The position numbers and the translations under genes are program-made. DNA of 32,000 nucleotides from Candidatus Electronema halotolerans (GTDB lineage: Bacteria > Desulfobacterota > Desulfobulbia > Desulfobulbales > Desulfobulbaceae). The DNA is taken from assembly GCA_942493095.1 (NCBI GenBank), contig OW818675.1:1500001-1532000 (forward strand), given 5' to 3'. Positions 31,626 through 32,000 of the stretch are shown piece after piece (positions within the stretch are counted from its first letter, which is position 1; the number at the start of each line of letters is the position of its first letter). The notes beneath the pieces were generated by a model. The model saw only the letters and a program-made list of their open reading frames with translations, did not search any database and was not told the DNA's origin.

Positions 31626-31918
31626 AGCTCCGGGTCAATCCGCCGTTCCGCGCTGATGCTCCCTTGAATGCTGCCGAACTCCTCCTCTGTCCATGAGCCG
31701 AAGAGACTGTCAAGGTCGTCATAGCAGGCGTTCCGGTCAAAGGTTCCGTCATGCGCCGCACCGACCTGATCGAACTCGTTCCTGTCAGCGGTTTCCTGCT
31801 GCTGCTCCTTGTTCCGGCGCAGCTTCTCTCTCAGGAACTCAATGAAGTCAAGCACACTCTGCGCCTGCGCTTCAGGAAGCTCCCTGCTTTGCTGATAAAT
31901 ACGTTCTGCGGTTGTCAT
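31616..31918 (-). CDS. Putative antitoxin of the VapC toxin (DUF2281-like N-terminus)
   Basis: 100-aa ORF immediately upstream of the PIN gene and overlapping it. Its N-terminus is IYQQSRELPEAQAQSVLDFIEFLREKL, followed by an acidic, probably disordered C-terminal half, which is typical of toxin-neutralising tails. Confidence 0.7.
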   Translation of the reverse strand: MTTAERIYQQSRELPEAQAQSVLDFIEFLREKLRRNKEQQQETADRNEFDQVGAAHDGTFDRNACYDDLDSLFGSWTEEEFGSIQGSISAERRIDPELWR

Positions 31919-31940
31919 AATGCATCCTTGCTTCGTGCCG

Positions 31941-32000
31941 CTACAGCAGCAGTTTGGCCAACGCCTTACCGATCAGCTCGCCTACCGGCAGCGCCGCCTT
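31941..32000 (-). CDS. 3' end of an unidentified minus-strand gene; the 5' part lies outside the window
   Basis: Reverse-complement reading gives ..KAALPVGELIGKALAKLLL with a TAG stop at 31943..31941. Only 19 codons are visible. Confidence 0.3.
   Translation of the reverse strand, partial: KAALPVGELIGKALAKLLL

Overview
This window is an accessory-type chromosomal segment with about 23 protein-coding genes, and all but one are on the minus strand. I cannot assign the organism from sequence alone. In window order the content is as follows.

- **1-2650:** a truncated family-2 glycosyltransferase, translationally coupled by an ATGA overlap to a PilB/GspE/MshE-type secretion ATPase that carries an extra C-terminal cyclic-nucleotide-binding domain.
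- **2832-3764:** thyX.
- **3839-5509:** a secreted 556-aa protein built of five beta-sandwich repeats.
- **5587-8856:** a very compact RiPP-like cluster. It encodes a PqqD-like protein, a radical SAM/SPASM enzyme, an HPr-kinase-like P-loop protein and a SipW-like S26B peptidase. It also contains two paralogous small ORFs (56 and 58 aa) that fall below the ORF-track cutoff and flank the radical SAM gene.
- **8919-21713:** a giant 4264-aa secreted protein with about 20 SdrD-B-like calcium-binding repeats and a C-terminal gingipain-type C25 cysteine peptidase module.
- **21835-23098:** an intact 1264-bp IS4-family insertion sequence with 19-bp inverted repeats and a 10-bp target duplication. It sits in the AT-rich divergent promoter region.
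- **23263-24474:** a GlcF-like Fe-S/CCG protein, the only plus-strand gene.
- **24660-29280:** a minus-strand block of stand-alone IMP cyclohydrolase, purN, an orphan GAF-type histidine kinase, a GT4 glycosyltransferase and a sugar-phosphate nucleotidyltransferase.
- **29334-29534:** a small HU-like ORF preceded by a promoter and an array of seven degenerate 24-bp tandem repeats.
- **29899-31918:** an antitoxin, a VapC PIN toxin and a TPR protein, all translationally coupled. The TPR gene contains near-identical 120-bp tandem repeats.

The strongest candidate for an undescribed system is the rSAM/PqqD/HprK-like/S26B cluster with its two hidden precursor-like peptides. It is wedged between the giant adhesin-peptidase and the secreted repeat protein.
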